In this document: positions 9,381 through 19,531 of the stretch, piece by piece | Layout of the letters: each line of letters opens with the position of its first letter | Numbering within the stretch: the first letter of the stretch is position 1 | Source of the DNA: an uncultured virus (IMG/VR IMGVR_UViG_3300005405_000007) | Taxonomy: Duplodnaviria > Heunggongvirae > Uroviricota > Caudoviricetes | Reading direction: 5' to 3' (one strand) | Virus record (IMG/VR): IMGVR_UViG_3300005405_000007 | Length of the DNA: 64,000 nt | Position numbers and translations under genes: made by a program | Notes under the pieces: model-generated | The model's input: the letters and a program-made list of their open reading frames with translations, nothing else | Database searches by the model: none | Told to the model about the DNA's origin: nothing

Positions 9381-12300
9381 TTGAGTATTGTTATAAAAGG
9401 TTATGTATCAGGGGAACCATTTTTCCAAAAAGGGTTCTTTAAGATGTATGGATTTTATCCAAACGATTCTTGCTTAGATAAAATAGTTTTATCAGATTAT
9501 GGCAATATTACTATAAAAGGTGAATTGCCATCTATGGTTGAAGGAAAAGAATATGAGTTGGAGGTCGAATACGAAAAAAAAGGTAAATATGAAAGTTATA
9601 TAGTTAAAAAGTTTATAAATAACCCTATGGATATGAATGAAAATGAATCATTTAATTTTTTATCTGAACTTATAGGGGATAAATTAACAGATAGTATTTT
9701 AAAAGTTTATCCAAACTTTATTAAAACAATTATCAAAGGTAAAGAAGATGAAATAGATACAAGTAAGGTATATGGTTTGGGAGAATTAACTCTGAAAAAA
9801 ATAACTGAAAAAATTAACAATAATATAATGTTTTTTAATATTATAAATGAATATAAGGAATATGAACTTACACTTAATCAAATACAAAAAATATATGATG
9901 CCTACAATTCTTTTGATTTGCTTAAAGAAAAAATGGATGAAAATCCCTATCAGTGTTTAGTTTCTATAGGTGGTATTGGATTTAAAACAGCAGATTTAAA
10001 AATACTAAGTAAAAACAAATCATTAGCAAATTCAAGATACAGAATGACAGAATGTATAATATATATTCTAGAGCAAAATGAAGAAAGTGGTAACACATGG
10101 ATAAAAACTAATGAATTGTATTCAGAATGTAGTAAAACAACTCCTCAGTGTATGCAAGAATTTAAAGGAGTTTTGGAACACAATGATAGAATTTATTTTG
10201 ACAAAGAAGGAAAAAGAATTTCTAAAAGACAAACATATTTGTGTGAAAAAGAGGTCGCAGAAAAATTATTAGAAATTGTAAGTGAACCTAGAGTTTATGA
10301 TATTGATTGTTCAAAATATAATAAAATTGATGAATTTGAATTAACCGATAAACAAAAACTGTCTATAGAGTATGCCAGTAAATATAATTTCTTCGTTTTA
10401 GCAGGGAATGCGGGATGTGTTGATTGTGATACAGAATATTTTAATGGAGTGGAATGGAAAAGAATATCTGAATACAAAGATGGTGATTATGTATTACAAT
10501 ATAATAAAGATGGAAGTGCCGAGTTAGTAAGTCCTTTAAAATATCATAAATATCCAGAAGATTATTTATGGCATTTTGAAACCAAATATGGATTAGATCA
10601 ATGTTTATGTGACGAACATGAAGTATATTATATAACCTCAAAAAATAATTTATATCATAAATCATTTAAAGAAGTTAGAGAAAATCATGAAAAAACAGGT
10701 TTTCTCGGAAAGTTTATTACAACTTTTAATTATGAAGGTAAAGGATTGTCCTATAACGAATGGGAAATAAGATTAAAAGTTGCAATTAAAGCTGATGGTA
10801 GTTTTAAAAGTAAGTATAAACCTTTTGATTGTTATATCAATGTAAAGAAACAAAGAAAAAAGGAACGAATAGAGTACCTATTAACAAAAAATAATATTAA
10901 GTATGAAATACTAAATGGGGCAGAAGGATATAATGTATATAAATTTTATTATACAGATAATGAAAAAACATTTACGGATAAATGGTATAATTGTACGAGA
11001 GAACAATTCGAGATTATTTTTGATGAAATATTTTATTGGGATGGAGATTATAAAAAGAAAAATAGATGGTTCACTACAATTAAGTCAGATGCAGATTTTA
11101 TACAGTTTGTAGGGGTTACATGTGGTTATAAAGCAACCATTGATACCCTAGATAGAGTAAATCAAGAATATATTACTGCAAATAAAGTATACATAAGAAA
11201 GTCTATTGAATATGGTGTGCAATTTACAAAAAGAACTTTAATATCTTTATGTACAGACAAAAGGGAAGACCACACTATTACCAAAATAGACAAATATAAA
11301 ACATTAGACGGTTACAAATACTGTTTCACTGTGCCATCAGGAATATTGGTATTAAGAAGAAATAATAAAATATTTATTACTGGCAATTGTGGGAAGACAG
11401 CGAGTACAAAAATACTATTGGATATGTTGGATGACAATAACTACTCATATGTGCTTTTTGCTCCAACTGGCAAAGCATCTAAAAACTTTTACCAGAATAC
11501 AAACCGTCCAGCAAGTACAATCCATAGGGGGTTAGCCTTTAATCCAGCAGAAGGATTTATGTTTAATGAGAATAATAAATTACCATATGATTACATATTA
11601 GTAGACGAAGCTACAATGATAGATGTGTTTTTGATGAAAAGTTTATTGAGGGCAATAGATAGAAAAAGAAGTAAACTTATATTTATTTGCGATCCGGCAC
11701 AAATACCTAGTGTTGGTTGTGGAAACTGTATGCAAGATATTATTAATTGCGGAATATTCCCAGTGATATTCCTTGATAAAGTATTTAGATATAAAGATGG
11801 TGGATTGGCTAAAGTTGCAACTGATACTCGAAATGGGAATGATTTTTTATTGGGTGATGGTGTTCAAAAATTTGGTGATGATTTTATATTTGTACCTACT
11901 TCTAAAGATAATTTAACTGAAAAAATATTAACTGCATACAAAAAAATGCAAGAGAAAGGTGGAACAGCCGATGATATAATAATAATTTCAGCTTACAATG
12001 TTGGTGAACATGGTACATATAAAATAAATTCTTTAATACAAGATTTGATTAATCCATCAAATGGGAATATGGAATTATCATATATCAGACAGAAATTTGA
12101 AATTAGTTTTAGAGTCAACGATAGAGTAATGCAAATTGTAAATAATTATAAAGCTCCTGTATTTGAACACGAAGACCAACTTAAAAAAGAAGAGTCACTA
12201 ACAGAGATATTTAATGGTGATGATGGTAAAATAATTAAAGTAGGTAAAAATACTAAAGGCATCCCATACATGGTTGTTGATTTTAATGGGCAATTAGTAT

Positions 12301-12584
12301 TATATAGAAATGATGACATAAGAGATTTAATACTTGGATATGCAATATCTGGGCATCGATCTCAAGGGTCAGGGTACAACTATGTAATAGTTATTACCCC
12401 ACCAACTCATAAATTTTTCTTAAATAGAAATTTACTTTATGTAATGTATACTAGAACGAAAAAATTTATATATAATATTGGAACTGTAGACACAATAGAA
12501 AGTGCTTTGAGAAAAAGCGAAAATTTAAACAGAAAAACGTTTTTGAAAGACCTGCTGTTACCCTTAAAAATAGAAAATAAATAA
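9381..12584 (+). CDS. recD2: RecD2-like SF1B helicase containing an intein
   Basis: Walker A GNAG/CGKT split by an intein; APTGKA, STIHR, VDEATM, DPAQIPSVG, HRSQGS, RNLLYV. Confidence 0.92.
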   Translation: MSIVIKGYVSGEPFFQKGFFKMYGFYPNDSCLDKIVLSDYGNITIKGELPSMVEGKEYELEVEYEKKGKYESYIVKKFINNPMDMNENESFNFLSELIGDKLTDSILKVYPNFIKTIIKGKEDEIDTSKVYGLGELTLKKITEKINNNIMFFNIINEYKEYELTLNQIQKIYDAYNSFDLLKEKMDENPYQCLVSIGGIGFKTADLKILSKNKSLANSRYRMTECIIYILEQNEESGNTWIKTNELYSECSKTTPQCMQEFKGVLEHNDRIYFDKEGKRISKRQTYLCEKEVAEKLLEIVSEPRVYDIDCSKYNKIDEFELTDKQKLSIEYASKYNFFVLAGNAGCVDCDTEYFNGVEWKRISEYKDGDYVLQYNKDGSAELVSPLKYHKYPEDYLWHFETKYGLDQCLCDEHEVYYITSKNNLYHKSFKEVRENHEKTGFLGKFITTFNYEGKGLSYNEWEIRLKVAIKADGSFKSKYKPFDCYINVKKQRKKERIEYLLTKNNIKYEILNGAEGYNVYKFYYTDNEKTFTDKWYNCTREQFEIIFDEIFYWDGDYKKKNRWFTTIKSDADFIQFVGVTCGYKATIDTLDRVNQEYITANKVYIRKSIEYGVQFTKRTLISLCTDKREDHTITKIDKYKTLDGYKYCFTVPSGILVLRRNNKIFITGNCGKTASTKILLDMLDDNNYSYVLFAPTGKASKNFYQNTNRPASTIHRGLAFNPAEGFMFNENNKLPYDYILVDEATMIDVFLMKSLLRAIDRKRSKLIFICDPAQIPSVGCGNCMQDIINCGIFPVIFLDKVFRYKDGGLAKVATDTRNGNDFLLGDGVQKFGDDFIFVPTSKDNLTEKILTAYKKMQEKGGTADDIIIISAYNVGEHGTYKINSLIQDLINPSNGNMELSYIRQKFEISFRVNDRVMQIVNNYKAPVFEHEDQLKKEESLTEIFNGDDGKIIKVGKNTKGIPYMVVDFNGQLVLYRNDDIRDLILGYAISGHRSQGSGYNYVIVITPPTHKFFLNRNLLYVMYTRTKKFIYNIGTVDTIESALRKSENLNRKTFLKDLLLPLKIENK
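10416..11387 (+). mobile_element. 324-aa intein with LAGLIDADG-like endonuclease region
   Basis: Starts CVDCDTEY, ends YCFTVPSG...FITGN followed by Cys+1; internal AIKADGS and IFYWDG blocks. Confidence 0.9.
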
Positions 12585-12586
12585 TG

Positions 12587-12616
12587 TTGACTTACAATCC
12601 TAATCTATTGTATAAT
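12587..12616 (+). promoter_or_regulatory. SigA-type promoter
   Basis: TTGACT-N18-TATAAT at the start of a non-coding stretch. Confidence 0.65.
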
Positions 12617-12925
12617 AATTATCAAGCAGGTACAAATATCACTAAAAAATTCTAACCAAAAGAAGGTAATTATCATGTAAAATCTATAAAACCAACAAAA
12701 AATCCATCAATTCCAAAAAACACCTCTCTCATACTCGCTTATACTTCAATTTACTCCCAAATGCTCCGTTTTTCAAAACTATAAAACCAATAAAATATCT
12801 CTTTCAAAGGATTTTACTACAAACGTATTGGTGAATAATCACAAACTATTATCATAATATAAAGTACAAAATAAAATATCTCATAATGGCAAGGGTTTGA
12901 TCACATATCCTATTTGCAATACTAA

Positions 12926-13183
12926 TTGAACTCTTGCTATATAAAATCATACATAAAGAAGGTGAATTACATAAAAACATTACATGGTAGAGATTGTAAT
13001 TGGATTCAGATAAGTTTTGAAGAATATAAACAAAACTATACTGATGATAAAATTAACTTCGCATTTATAGTTGACCAAGATACCAATAAAGGTGCTTATT
13101 ATAAAAGAGACCCTATGATACCATTTGGCAGAGGGTGGTTTCTAAATAATAAAGAAAATAATAATGAAAGGATGGAAGATTAA
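12926..13183 (+). CDS. Hypothetical protein (likely ATA start at 12971)
   Basis: ORF track; SD GAAGGTGA precedes an in-frame ATA. Confidence 0.5.
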   Translation: MNSCYIKSYIKKVNYIKTLHGRDCNWIQISFEEYKQNYTDDKINFAFIVDQDTNKGAYYKRDPMIPFGRGWFLNNKENNNERMED

Positions 13184-13186
13184 GGC

Positions 13187-13387
13187 TTGGTGACATATGG
13201 ACTATGTAATTATTCAGAATGTGAACAATGTAATGAATGTAAGAGATATATTAATAAAGACTCTCCTGACAATTTGAATCCTGTTCTGTTCAGGTTTAAA
13301 AATATTTGTAGTCAAGAAAATAATTATCAATGGCAAATTAAAGTAGAATCTACTGAATTAGTAGTTAAGGAAGAAGGTGATGCATAA
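13187..13387 (+). CDS. Small Cys-rich hypothetical protein
   Basis: 66 aa, CNYSECEQCNECKRY. Confidence 0.55.
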   Translation: MVTYGLCNYSECEQCNECKRYINKDSPDNLNPVLFRFKNICSQENNYQWQIKVESTELVVKEEGDA

Positions 13388-13557
13388 TGAACTATGGAGA
13401 CATGGATATTCTTGATATTACAAGAGAACTTAGAAAATTATTAGAGAAATATAGTAAAGGTGAAAGAATGAAGAAAGAAGAAATTGAACAGATGAGGGTA
13501 TTATCAAATAATTTTAGTTGTGAATGTAGCCATGTTTTATATGATTGGGGTAAGTAA
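13387..13557 (+). CDS. Hypothetical protein, 56 aa (not in ORF track)
   Basis: SD GAAGGTGA and TAATG overlap with the upstream gene. Confidence 0.5.
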   Translation: MNYGDMDILDITRELRKLLEKYSKGERMKKEEIEQMRVLSNNFSCECSHVLYDWGK

Positions 13558-13618
13558 TTACCTTAAAAGAAGATATTCATCGTATAATTATAAAATAAAT
13601 ATATTGGAGGATACATAA

Positions 13619-16327
13619 TTGAAGGTACAAAAAAGAAATAGTACACTAGTTGATTTTGATAAAAATAGTATCATTCGTGCAATTGAAAATGCTATGCTTG
13701 AAACAAAAGATGGTGTTGATACAAAACTAAGTCATGAAATTGCAAATAAAATTGAGTCTATTGGACTAGATATATACTCAGTTGAAAATATTCAAGATTT
13801 TGTAGAAGATATGTTAATGGAAAGTAATAGAAAAGATGTAGCCAAACGATATATAATTTATAGAAATCAAAGGGATAAAACAAGAAAAAATAAAGTGAAA
13901 GGTCTCCTCAGTGAAGAGTTCCTTAGTAAATATAAACATCTACCATCACCAATGAAACAACTAGGAAGTTTTGTTTATTACCGTACATATAGTAGATATC
14001 TCCCATATGAAGGACGTAGAGAATATTGGTGGGAAACAGTAAAAAGGGCTGTAGAATACAATTGTAGTTTAGTTCCAACTTCTGTAGAAGAAGCAGAAAA
14101 ATTATATGATAATATCTTTTATCTTAGACAATTCTTGTCTGGAAGAACATTATACATAGGTGGAACATTAGTTTCAGAAAAATACCCTACTTCTAACTTT
14201 AATTGCAGTTTCTCCGTAATTGATAACTTTGAATCTTTTAAAGATGCTTTTTACTTGCTTATGATTGGTTCTGGTTTTGGTTTTAGAATTTTAAAAAATG
14301 ACGTATCTAAACTTCCAAAAGTAAAAACAAATATAGAAGTGATTCATAAAGATTATACTCCTGTTCTTAAAGATAAACGTGAAGATAATACATCTATTAT
14401 TTTCATAAACAACAATATGATAAAGATCATTGTAGGTGATAGCAAGGGTGGCTGGAGTCAAGCATTAGATTATTATTTTAAGATATTATGGGATAAAGAC
14501 TTTACAGATATTAAAACAGTTGTATTTGATTACAATTATGTTAGACCAAAAGGAGAAAGATTAAAGACATTTGGTGGAACTGCATCAGGGTACGAAAGTT
14601 TAAAATCAATGTTTTCTAAAGTAAATAAAATTATTAACAAAGAAGGACTCATTCAAGGATTAGATAAAATTAAACTTAGACCAATTAATTGTTTAGATAT
14701 GTTGGCAAGTATTGGTGAAAATGTTGTAATCGGAGGAGTAAGAAGGACTAGCTTGATTGCTTTAATTGATTCAGATGATGATGAATGTATTAAAGCAAAA
14801 AGCAACTTATACAAACAATCATCTAATGGAAAATGGGAAATAGATTCAGAACTATCTCATAGACAAATGAGTAATAATTCTATCTATTATAAAGAAAAAC
14901 CTTCAAGAGAACAAATTCATTGGCAAGTTGAACAGATGAGATATTCAGGGGAACCTGCTTTTGTTAATGAAATTACAGGTAATAAACGTAGATCAAACTT
15001 TAATGGGGTTAATCCTTGTTTCACTGGCGATATGAATTTATTGACCTCAGATGGATATAAAACATTTGAAGAATTAGATGGAAAAGAAGTTAAGATTGTT
15101 AATTTAAATGGGGAAATATCTAGTGGTAAAGTTTGGTGTAATGGAGAAAAAGATATTGTTGAAGTACAACTGAGCAATAATAAAGTTATTAAATGTACTC
15201 CTGATCACGTATTAATGTTAGAAAATTGTCAAGAATGTAAGGCTGTAGAATCATTAAATAAAAATTTATCAGCATATTATGGGAAAAATCCAACGGTAAT
15301 ATCTATTAAAATATTAGATAAGCAAAAGGTTTATGATTTTTCAGAACCATCTACTAATTGGGGGATTGTAGAAAATGTAGTTGCACATAATTGTGCCGAA
15401 ATTTTATTAGATGCAAATGGATTGTGCAACTTAACAACAGTTAATGTATACGCTTTTGTTTCTGATGGTACATTAGATTTAATTTCTTTATTGGAAGCAC
15501 AAAGACTGTCAGCAAAAGCTGGTTATCGTATGACTTGCGTAGAGTTAGAACTTCCAAAATGGAATATAATACAAAAAAGAGATAGACTTACTGGATGTTC
15601 TTTGACTGGATGGCAAGACATGGTTAATGCTACCGATATGTCAAAAGATCAAGAAGCTGAATTATTAAGAGAATTACGCAAAGTTGCTCATGACACAATT
15701 AAAATTTACGCAGAAGAATTGGGTTTTCCAGTATCATTATTAATAACCACCGTCAAGCCAGAGGGCACATTGAGTCAAATTCCTGGAGTTTCATCTGGAG
15801 TTCATTATTCTGAATCTGATTGGTTTATTAGAAGAGTGAGAATTAATGCTCATGATCCTTTAGTTAAAGTTTGTGAAGAATTGAATTATCCTATATTTCC
15901 TGAAGTAGGTCAAGAAATGGAAACATGTACAACAAAAGTTATTGAGTTTCCTGTAAAATCTCCTATTGGAAGAACTAAATATGATGTATCCGCAATTGAA
16001 CAACTTGAAAATTATAAAATGTTTATGGATTGCTACGTAGATCATAATGCTTCAATTACAGTTACGGTTCGTGATAATGAATGGGGAGAAGTAGAAGAAT
16101 GGATGTATAATAATTGGGATGATGTTGTGGCTGTAAGTTTCTTATCATTATCTGATTCATTTTATAAATTAATGCCGTATGAAGCAATTACAGAGGAAGA
16201 GTATAATAGAAGAGTTTCAGAAATGAAACCATTTATTCCTTCTTTAATTAGTAAATATGAAGAAGTAGAAACAGAATTTGATATCGGAAATGATGGATGT
16301 AGTTCAGGGGTATGTCCTGTACGTTAA
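13619..16327 (+). CDS. nrdJ: Class II (adenosylcobalamin-dependent) ribonucleotide reductase with ATP cone and mini-intein
   Basis: N-terminal ATP cone (VQKRN), YYRTYSR, NP/CAEI active site, TTVKPEGT, C-terminal CSSGVCPVR; no beta subunit or activase nearby. Confidence 0.92.
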   Translation: MKVQKRNSTLVDFDKNSIIRAIENAMLETKDGVDTKLSHEIANKIESIGLDIYSVENIQDFVEDMLMESNRKDVAKRYIIYRNQRDKTRKNKVKGLLSEEFLSKYKHLPSPMKQLGSFVYYRTYSRYLPYEGRREYWWETVKRAVEYNCSLVPTSVEEAEKLYDNIFYLRQFLSGRTLYIGGTLVSEKYPTSNFNCSFSVIDNFESFKDAFYLLMIGSGFGFRILKNDVSKLPKVKTNIEVIHKDYTPVLKDKREDNTSIIFINNNMIKIIVGDSKGGWSQALDYYFKILWDKDFTDIKTVVFDYNYVRPKGERLKTFGGTASGYESLKSMFSKVNKIINKEGLIQGLDKIKLRPINCLDMLASIGENVVIGGVRRTSLIALIDSDDDECIKAKSNLYKQSSNGKWEIDSELSHRQMSNNSIYYKEKPSREQIHWQVEQMRYSGEPAFVNEITGNKRRSNFNGVNPCFTGDMNLLTSDGYKTFEELDGKEVKIVNLNGEISSGKVWCNGEKDIVEVQLSNNKVIKCTPDHVLMLENCQECKAVESLNKNLSAYYGKNPTVISIKILDKQKVYDFSEPSTNWGIVENVVAHNCAEILLDANGLCNLTTVNVYAFVSDGTLDLISLLEAQRLSAKAGYRMTCVELELPKWNIIQKRDRLTGCSLTGWQDMVNATDMSKDQEAELLRELRKVAHDTIKIYAEELGFPVSLLITTVKPEGTLSQIPGVSSGVHYSESDWFIRRVRINAHDPLVKVCEELNYPIFPEVGQEMETCTTKVIEFPVKSPIGRTKYDVSAIEQLENYKMFMDCYVDHNASITVTVRDNEWGEVEEWMYNNWDDVVAVSFLSLSDSFYKLMPYEAITEEEYNRRVSEMKPFIPSLISKYEEVETEFDIGNDGCSSGVCPVR
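15017..15391 (+). mobile_element. 125-aa mini-intein in the RNR active site
   Basis: CFTGDMNLLT start, CTPDH block B, VYDF block F, VAHN end, Cys+1; removal restores GVNPCAEI. Confidence 0.92.
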
Positions 16328-16360
16328 GTTAATAAATAATAAAAGCGAGGTAATACATAT

Positions 16361-16789
16361 ATGAAAATTAAAATTAAATACTTTAGTGATCAAATTAATA
16401 AATTAACAAAATTCAAAAATGGTGATTGGATTGATCTACGTTCAGCAATTAATTGTATTCTTAAAGCAGGAGAATTTAAATTAATTCCTCTAGGAGTAGG
16501 AATGGAACTTCCGAAAAATAACGAAGCACACATTGTACCGAGAGGAAGTACATTTAAACATTTTGGAGTAATTCAAACTAACCATCAAGGCGTAGTCGAT
16601 GAATCATTTAAAGGTAATAATGATCAATGGTTTTTCCCTGCTTATGCTTTACGAGATACAGAAATAAAAATTAATGATAGAATTTGCCAATTTAGAATTG
16701 TTGAAAAAATGCCAGAAATTGAATTTGAAGAAGTAAAAACTTTGGGCGATAAAGATCGTGGAGGATATGGGAGTAGTGGGAGAGCATAG
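16361..16789 (+). CDS. dut: Trimeric dUTPase
   Basis: [21 protein letters not shown] and RGGYGSSG motifs. Confidence 0.93.
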   Translation: MKIKIKYFSDQINKLTKFKNGDWIDLRSAINCILKAGEFKLIPLGVGMELPKNNEAHIVPRGSTFKHFGVIQTNHQGVVDESFKGNNDQWFFPAYALRDTEIKINDRICQFRIVEKMPEIEFEEVKTLGDKDRGGYGSSGRA

Positions 16790-16850
16790 TTGCTTTCCCT
16801 TACTTGCCAAGAAATAAACATTTCCAAGGATTTTAAAAAGGAGTAAGCAT

Positions 16851-17000
16851 ATGTATTTCATTTTACAAATCTACATAGAAGTAGATTCTGAAAAAGATGC
16901 TAAAGATATAGCACATGACATCCATGAAATATTGGGAGATAATGGGATAACCAATAGTGTCAATGTTATAAATGATACTAATGAAGAGGAGGAAGATTAA
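16851..17000 (+). CDS. Hypothetical protein, 49 aa (not in track)
   Basis: SD AAGGAG then ATG; open frame MYFILQIY...EEED. Confidence 0.45.
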   Translation: MYFILQIYIEVDSEKDAKDIAHDIHEILGDNGITNSVNVINDTNEEEED

Positions 17001-17271
17001 ATTGACTTTTATAGTTCCATTTGAAGGTGATTTTTGCGGAGAAATGCGAACAATTTATTCAGTAAATAATGATAACCCAAATAATACAGTATGGAGTAAT
17101 ACAACAATATCAGAAAAATGTCCTAATTGTGGTGAAAGAAATTTTTATAGAGTTTATGACTCTAAAGATTTTTATGAAGAGAATGGATATGAGATTGAAG
17201 TTTTTAATTGTAAATGCCCTAATTGTCGTAAAGAATTCGATTTAAAAATTGAGTATGAGATTGAAAAATAA
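16972..17271 (+). CDS. Zinc-ribbon hypothetical protein
   Basis: Two CPNC motifs; likely TTG start near 17002 after GAGGAGG. Confidence 0.55.
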   Translation: MILMKRRKIKLTFIVPFEGDFCGEMRTIYSVNNDNPNNTVWSNTTISEKCPNCGERNFYRVYDSKDFYEENGYEIEVFNCKCPNCRKEFDLKIEYEIEK

Positions 17272-17468
17272 GTTAAAAGGAGAAATAATTATGCAGATTG
17301 CATATGGATAGGTATTCAGTTTATCCTTATTATATTGAAAGGATGTGAAAATACTATGATATTCAATATACATGGCGGATATTCTTAGTTGATATGTTCT
17401 AAAAACAATATATGTAAACAATAAATAAAAAATAAGGGTTGCGTCCAAACGCAAGAAGGAGTAAAAAC

Positions 17469-17885
17469 ATGAAAGAAATTATGATTAAAACAATCAAGGA
17501 AGATATTAAGTATATGGTAAATGAAATAAAAAATATCAGAAACAAAGAAGAATTAAATGAAATGACAAATTTTACACATGATATTATTGGAGACGAAAGA
17601 ATTATTTGATGTTATGTAATGGATTTTAGACCGTATAGGAGTATGGTAAATACTCTTATGAATACGTATGATAATTTCAATAAAATGATGTTGAATTATG
17701 GATTAGAATCAGAGGATATTAAGTTTATAGAAGATTTTTTAGAAAATTTGATTAAAGAATTAAAAGATTTACATAAACTTAAAGATAAATGTAAAAAAGA
17801 ATATAATCAGTACAGATGTTTGAATGATGCTTATATTAAGATTACTGATAAAATATGCAAAATTGAGAATGAGAGATTATCTTAA
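17469..17885 (+). pseudogene. Hypothetical gene interrupted by an in-frame TGA at 17607-17609
   Basis: SD GAAGGAG plus ATG at 17469 is in frame with ORF 17619-17885, separated by a single TGA. Confidence 0.5.
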
Positions 17886-18024
17886 GAAAGACTTTCAATT
17901 TATGATTGATGTATCTAATAGTAAAACTGTTTATAATTTACACATAAACGTATAAATTCAAAAAGTGAAACCCTTATACCATGCGGGTTTGGGGGTTTCA
18001 CAAACCCAATGAAAATGGAATTCT

Positions 18025-18318
18025 ATGTTATTTAAGAAAGAGGTAAATTTTATGATGGATAAAAAATTAATCAAAGCATTAAAACCAATTGAGGAAAAGT
18101 TCGATGTTAATTTATTTACATTTGATGAAGCACTTGAATTTTATAAATCAGATGTTAAAGAATATAGAACATTTATATATAAAATAATTGAGTCACTTCA
18201 AAACGGAAGAAGTAATGAAGAATTAAATATAGATGAATCATGTTATATTAAAGGTTTAAAAGATGGTTTAGAAGCAGTTTATTTAATCTTTGGTGGAAGA
18301 GTAGAAGAAGGATTTTAA
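18025..18318 (+). CDS. Hypothetical protein
   Basis: ORF track; SD GAGGT before ATG near 18052. Confidence 0.55.
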   Translation: MLFKKEVNFMMDKKLIKALKPIEEKFDVNLFTFDEALEFYKSDVKEYRTFIYKIIESLQNGRSNEELNIDESCYIKGLKDGLEAVYLIFGGRVEEGF

Positions 18319-18334
18319 AAGGAGGTGCATTAAT

Positions 18335-18649
18335 ATGAACCCATGTACACATTTTGATAGCGGAGTTTGTTATTCTCCTGACTGGGAAGAACCATTTGGA
18401 GAAGGATGTTTACTAAATCATAAAGATTCATGCCCTCATTATAATCCATGTGTCCCAATCAAAGTAAAATACAAAAACTGGCGTAATGAAACATCAATCA
18501 GAACTATTATCCCTGCAAAAGTGTTCTTTGGGCGTACTGATTTTCATAAAGAAGACCAGTGGTTACTAGAAGTGTTTGATGTAGAAAAAGATGCTTTAAG
18601 AACCTATGCAATGCAAGATATCATTGAGTTTATTAGAGATGGTGAATGA
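18335..18649 (+). CDS. Stand-alone WYL-like domain protein with Cys-rich N-terminus
   Basis: YKNWRNETSIRTIIP...QWLLEVFDVEKDALRTYAMQDI fits the WYL-domain pattern. Confidence 0.65.
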   Translation: MNPCTHFDSGVCYSPDWEEPFGEGCLLNHKDSCPHYNPCVPIKVKYKNWRNETSIRTIIPAKVFFGRTDFHKEDQWLLEVFDVEKDALRTYAMQDIIEFIRDGE

Positions 18650-18843
18650 TGGAAGATAAATTATTAGAACTTAAAGAACAATTTTGTAAATGGTATTGCC
18701 CAAATAAACAAAAAGAAGATAATTCTTGTAAGCAAAATTGTGAATATTGTCCTTCAACAGAAATGATAATTTGTCATGGTTTAGAATGTGAAATATGTAT
18801 GGTTTCTGATTTTATCAAACACATCAGAGATGAGTTAAACTGA
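18646..18843 (+). CDS. Cys-rich hypothetical protein
   Basis: 65 aa with several CxxC/CxxxC motifs. Confidence 0.5.
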   Translation: MMEDKLLELKEQFCKWYCPNKQKEDNSCKQNCEYCPSTEMIICHGLECEICMVSDFIKHIRDELN

Positions 18844-18876
18844 TAAATTTATCTCATAAAGAAAGGAGGTTTCCAT

Positions 18877-19299
18877 ATCGAAAATCTACTAAAATTTCAA
18901 GAAGAATTAGCATATCGCAAATTAAATAAAACTTTGTCGGCAGAAGTTAGACAAAAATATCTAGATAACCTACCTTCAGAATTAAATATAAATGGCAATA
19001 TAAATTTCAAAATACATAGTTTAAATGGGACACTAATAGCAACTGGTTACAATCGTATAGTCATAGGTGACTATGGTGCATTTATTGAATTTGATGTAGA
19101 ACAAGTTGTTGAAGATAATCTTAAAGTTAGAAAAGGTCAAGAATATAGAATCAACGATCCTAAGTATGGTGGAGAAAAGTATTATTGGTTTACCCCAAGA
19201 GACAATAGTGATATGAAAGTTTATTATCAGAAGAGAACTGTTACTTATGCAGATTATAAACCAGAGATGTTTTATGTATCACCTTATGAAGTTTGCTAA
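18877..19299 (+). CDS. Hypothetical phage protein (probable ATC start at 18877)
   Basis: AAGGAGGT precedes an ATC in frame with ORF 18934-19299. Confidence 0.6.
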   Translation: MENLLKFQEELAYRKLNKTLSAEVRQKYLDNLPSELNINGNINFKIHSLNGTLIATGYNRIVIGDYGAFIEFDVEQVVEDNLKVRKGQEYRINDPKYGGEKYYWFTPRDNSDMKVYYQKRTVTYADYKPEMFYVSPYEVC

Positions 19300-19346
19300 A
19301 TCCGAAAAAATGATAGTTTTGTAATATCTTAAAAAGGAGAAATTTT

Positions 19347-19517
19347 ATGACGGTTTATGTAGTTGTAGATTTAAAAGGTAATGTATATGGGGTTTGTAAT
19401 AGTAAATGGGAAGTTGATAAAGCAGAAGAGAAACTTAAAAATAAATACCCAAATGAAATAATTGACTATATTGAATGTAAATTAAATGAAATTGAAGCAG
19501 ATGGAGAAATAGTTTAA
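19347..19517 (+). CDS. Hypothetical protein, 56 aa (not in track)
   Basis: SD AAGGAG then ATG; MTVYVVVD... Confidence 0.5.
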   Translation: MTVYVVVDLKGNVYGVCNSKWEVDKAEEKLKNKYPNEIIDYIECKLNEIEADGEIV

Positions 19518-19531
19518 CTCATATAAAGGAG

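Noticed and set aside
17469..17885. Genome-wide stop codon reassignment
   Set aside because: Long genes are intact in the standard code and TGA, TAG and TAA all end genuine genes.
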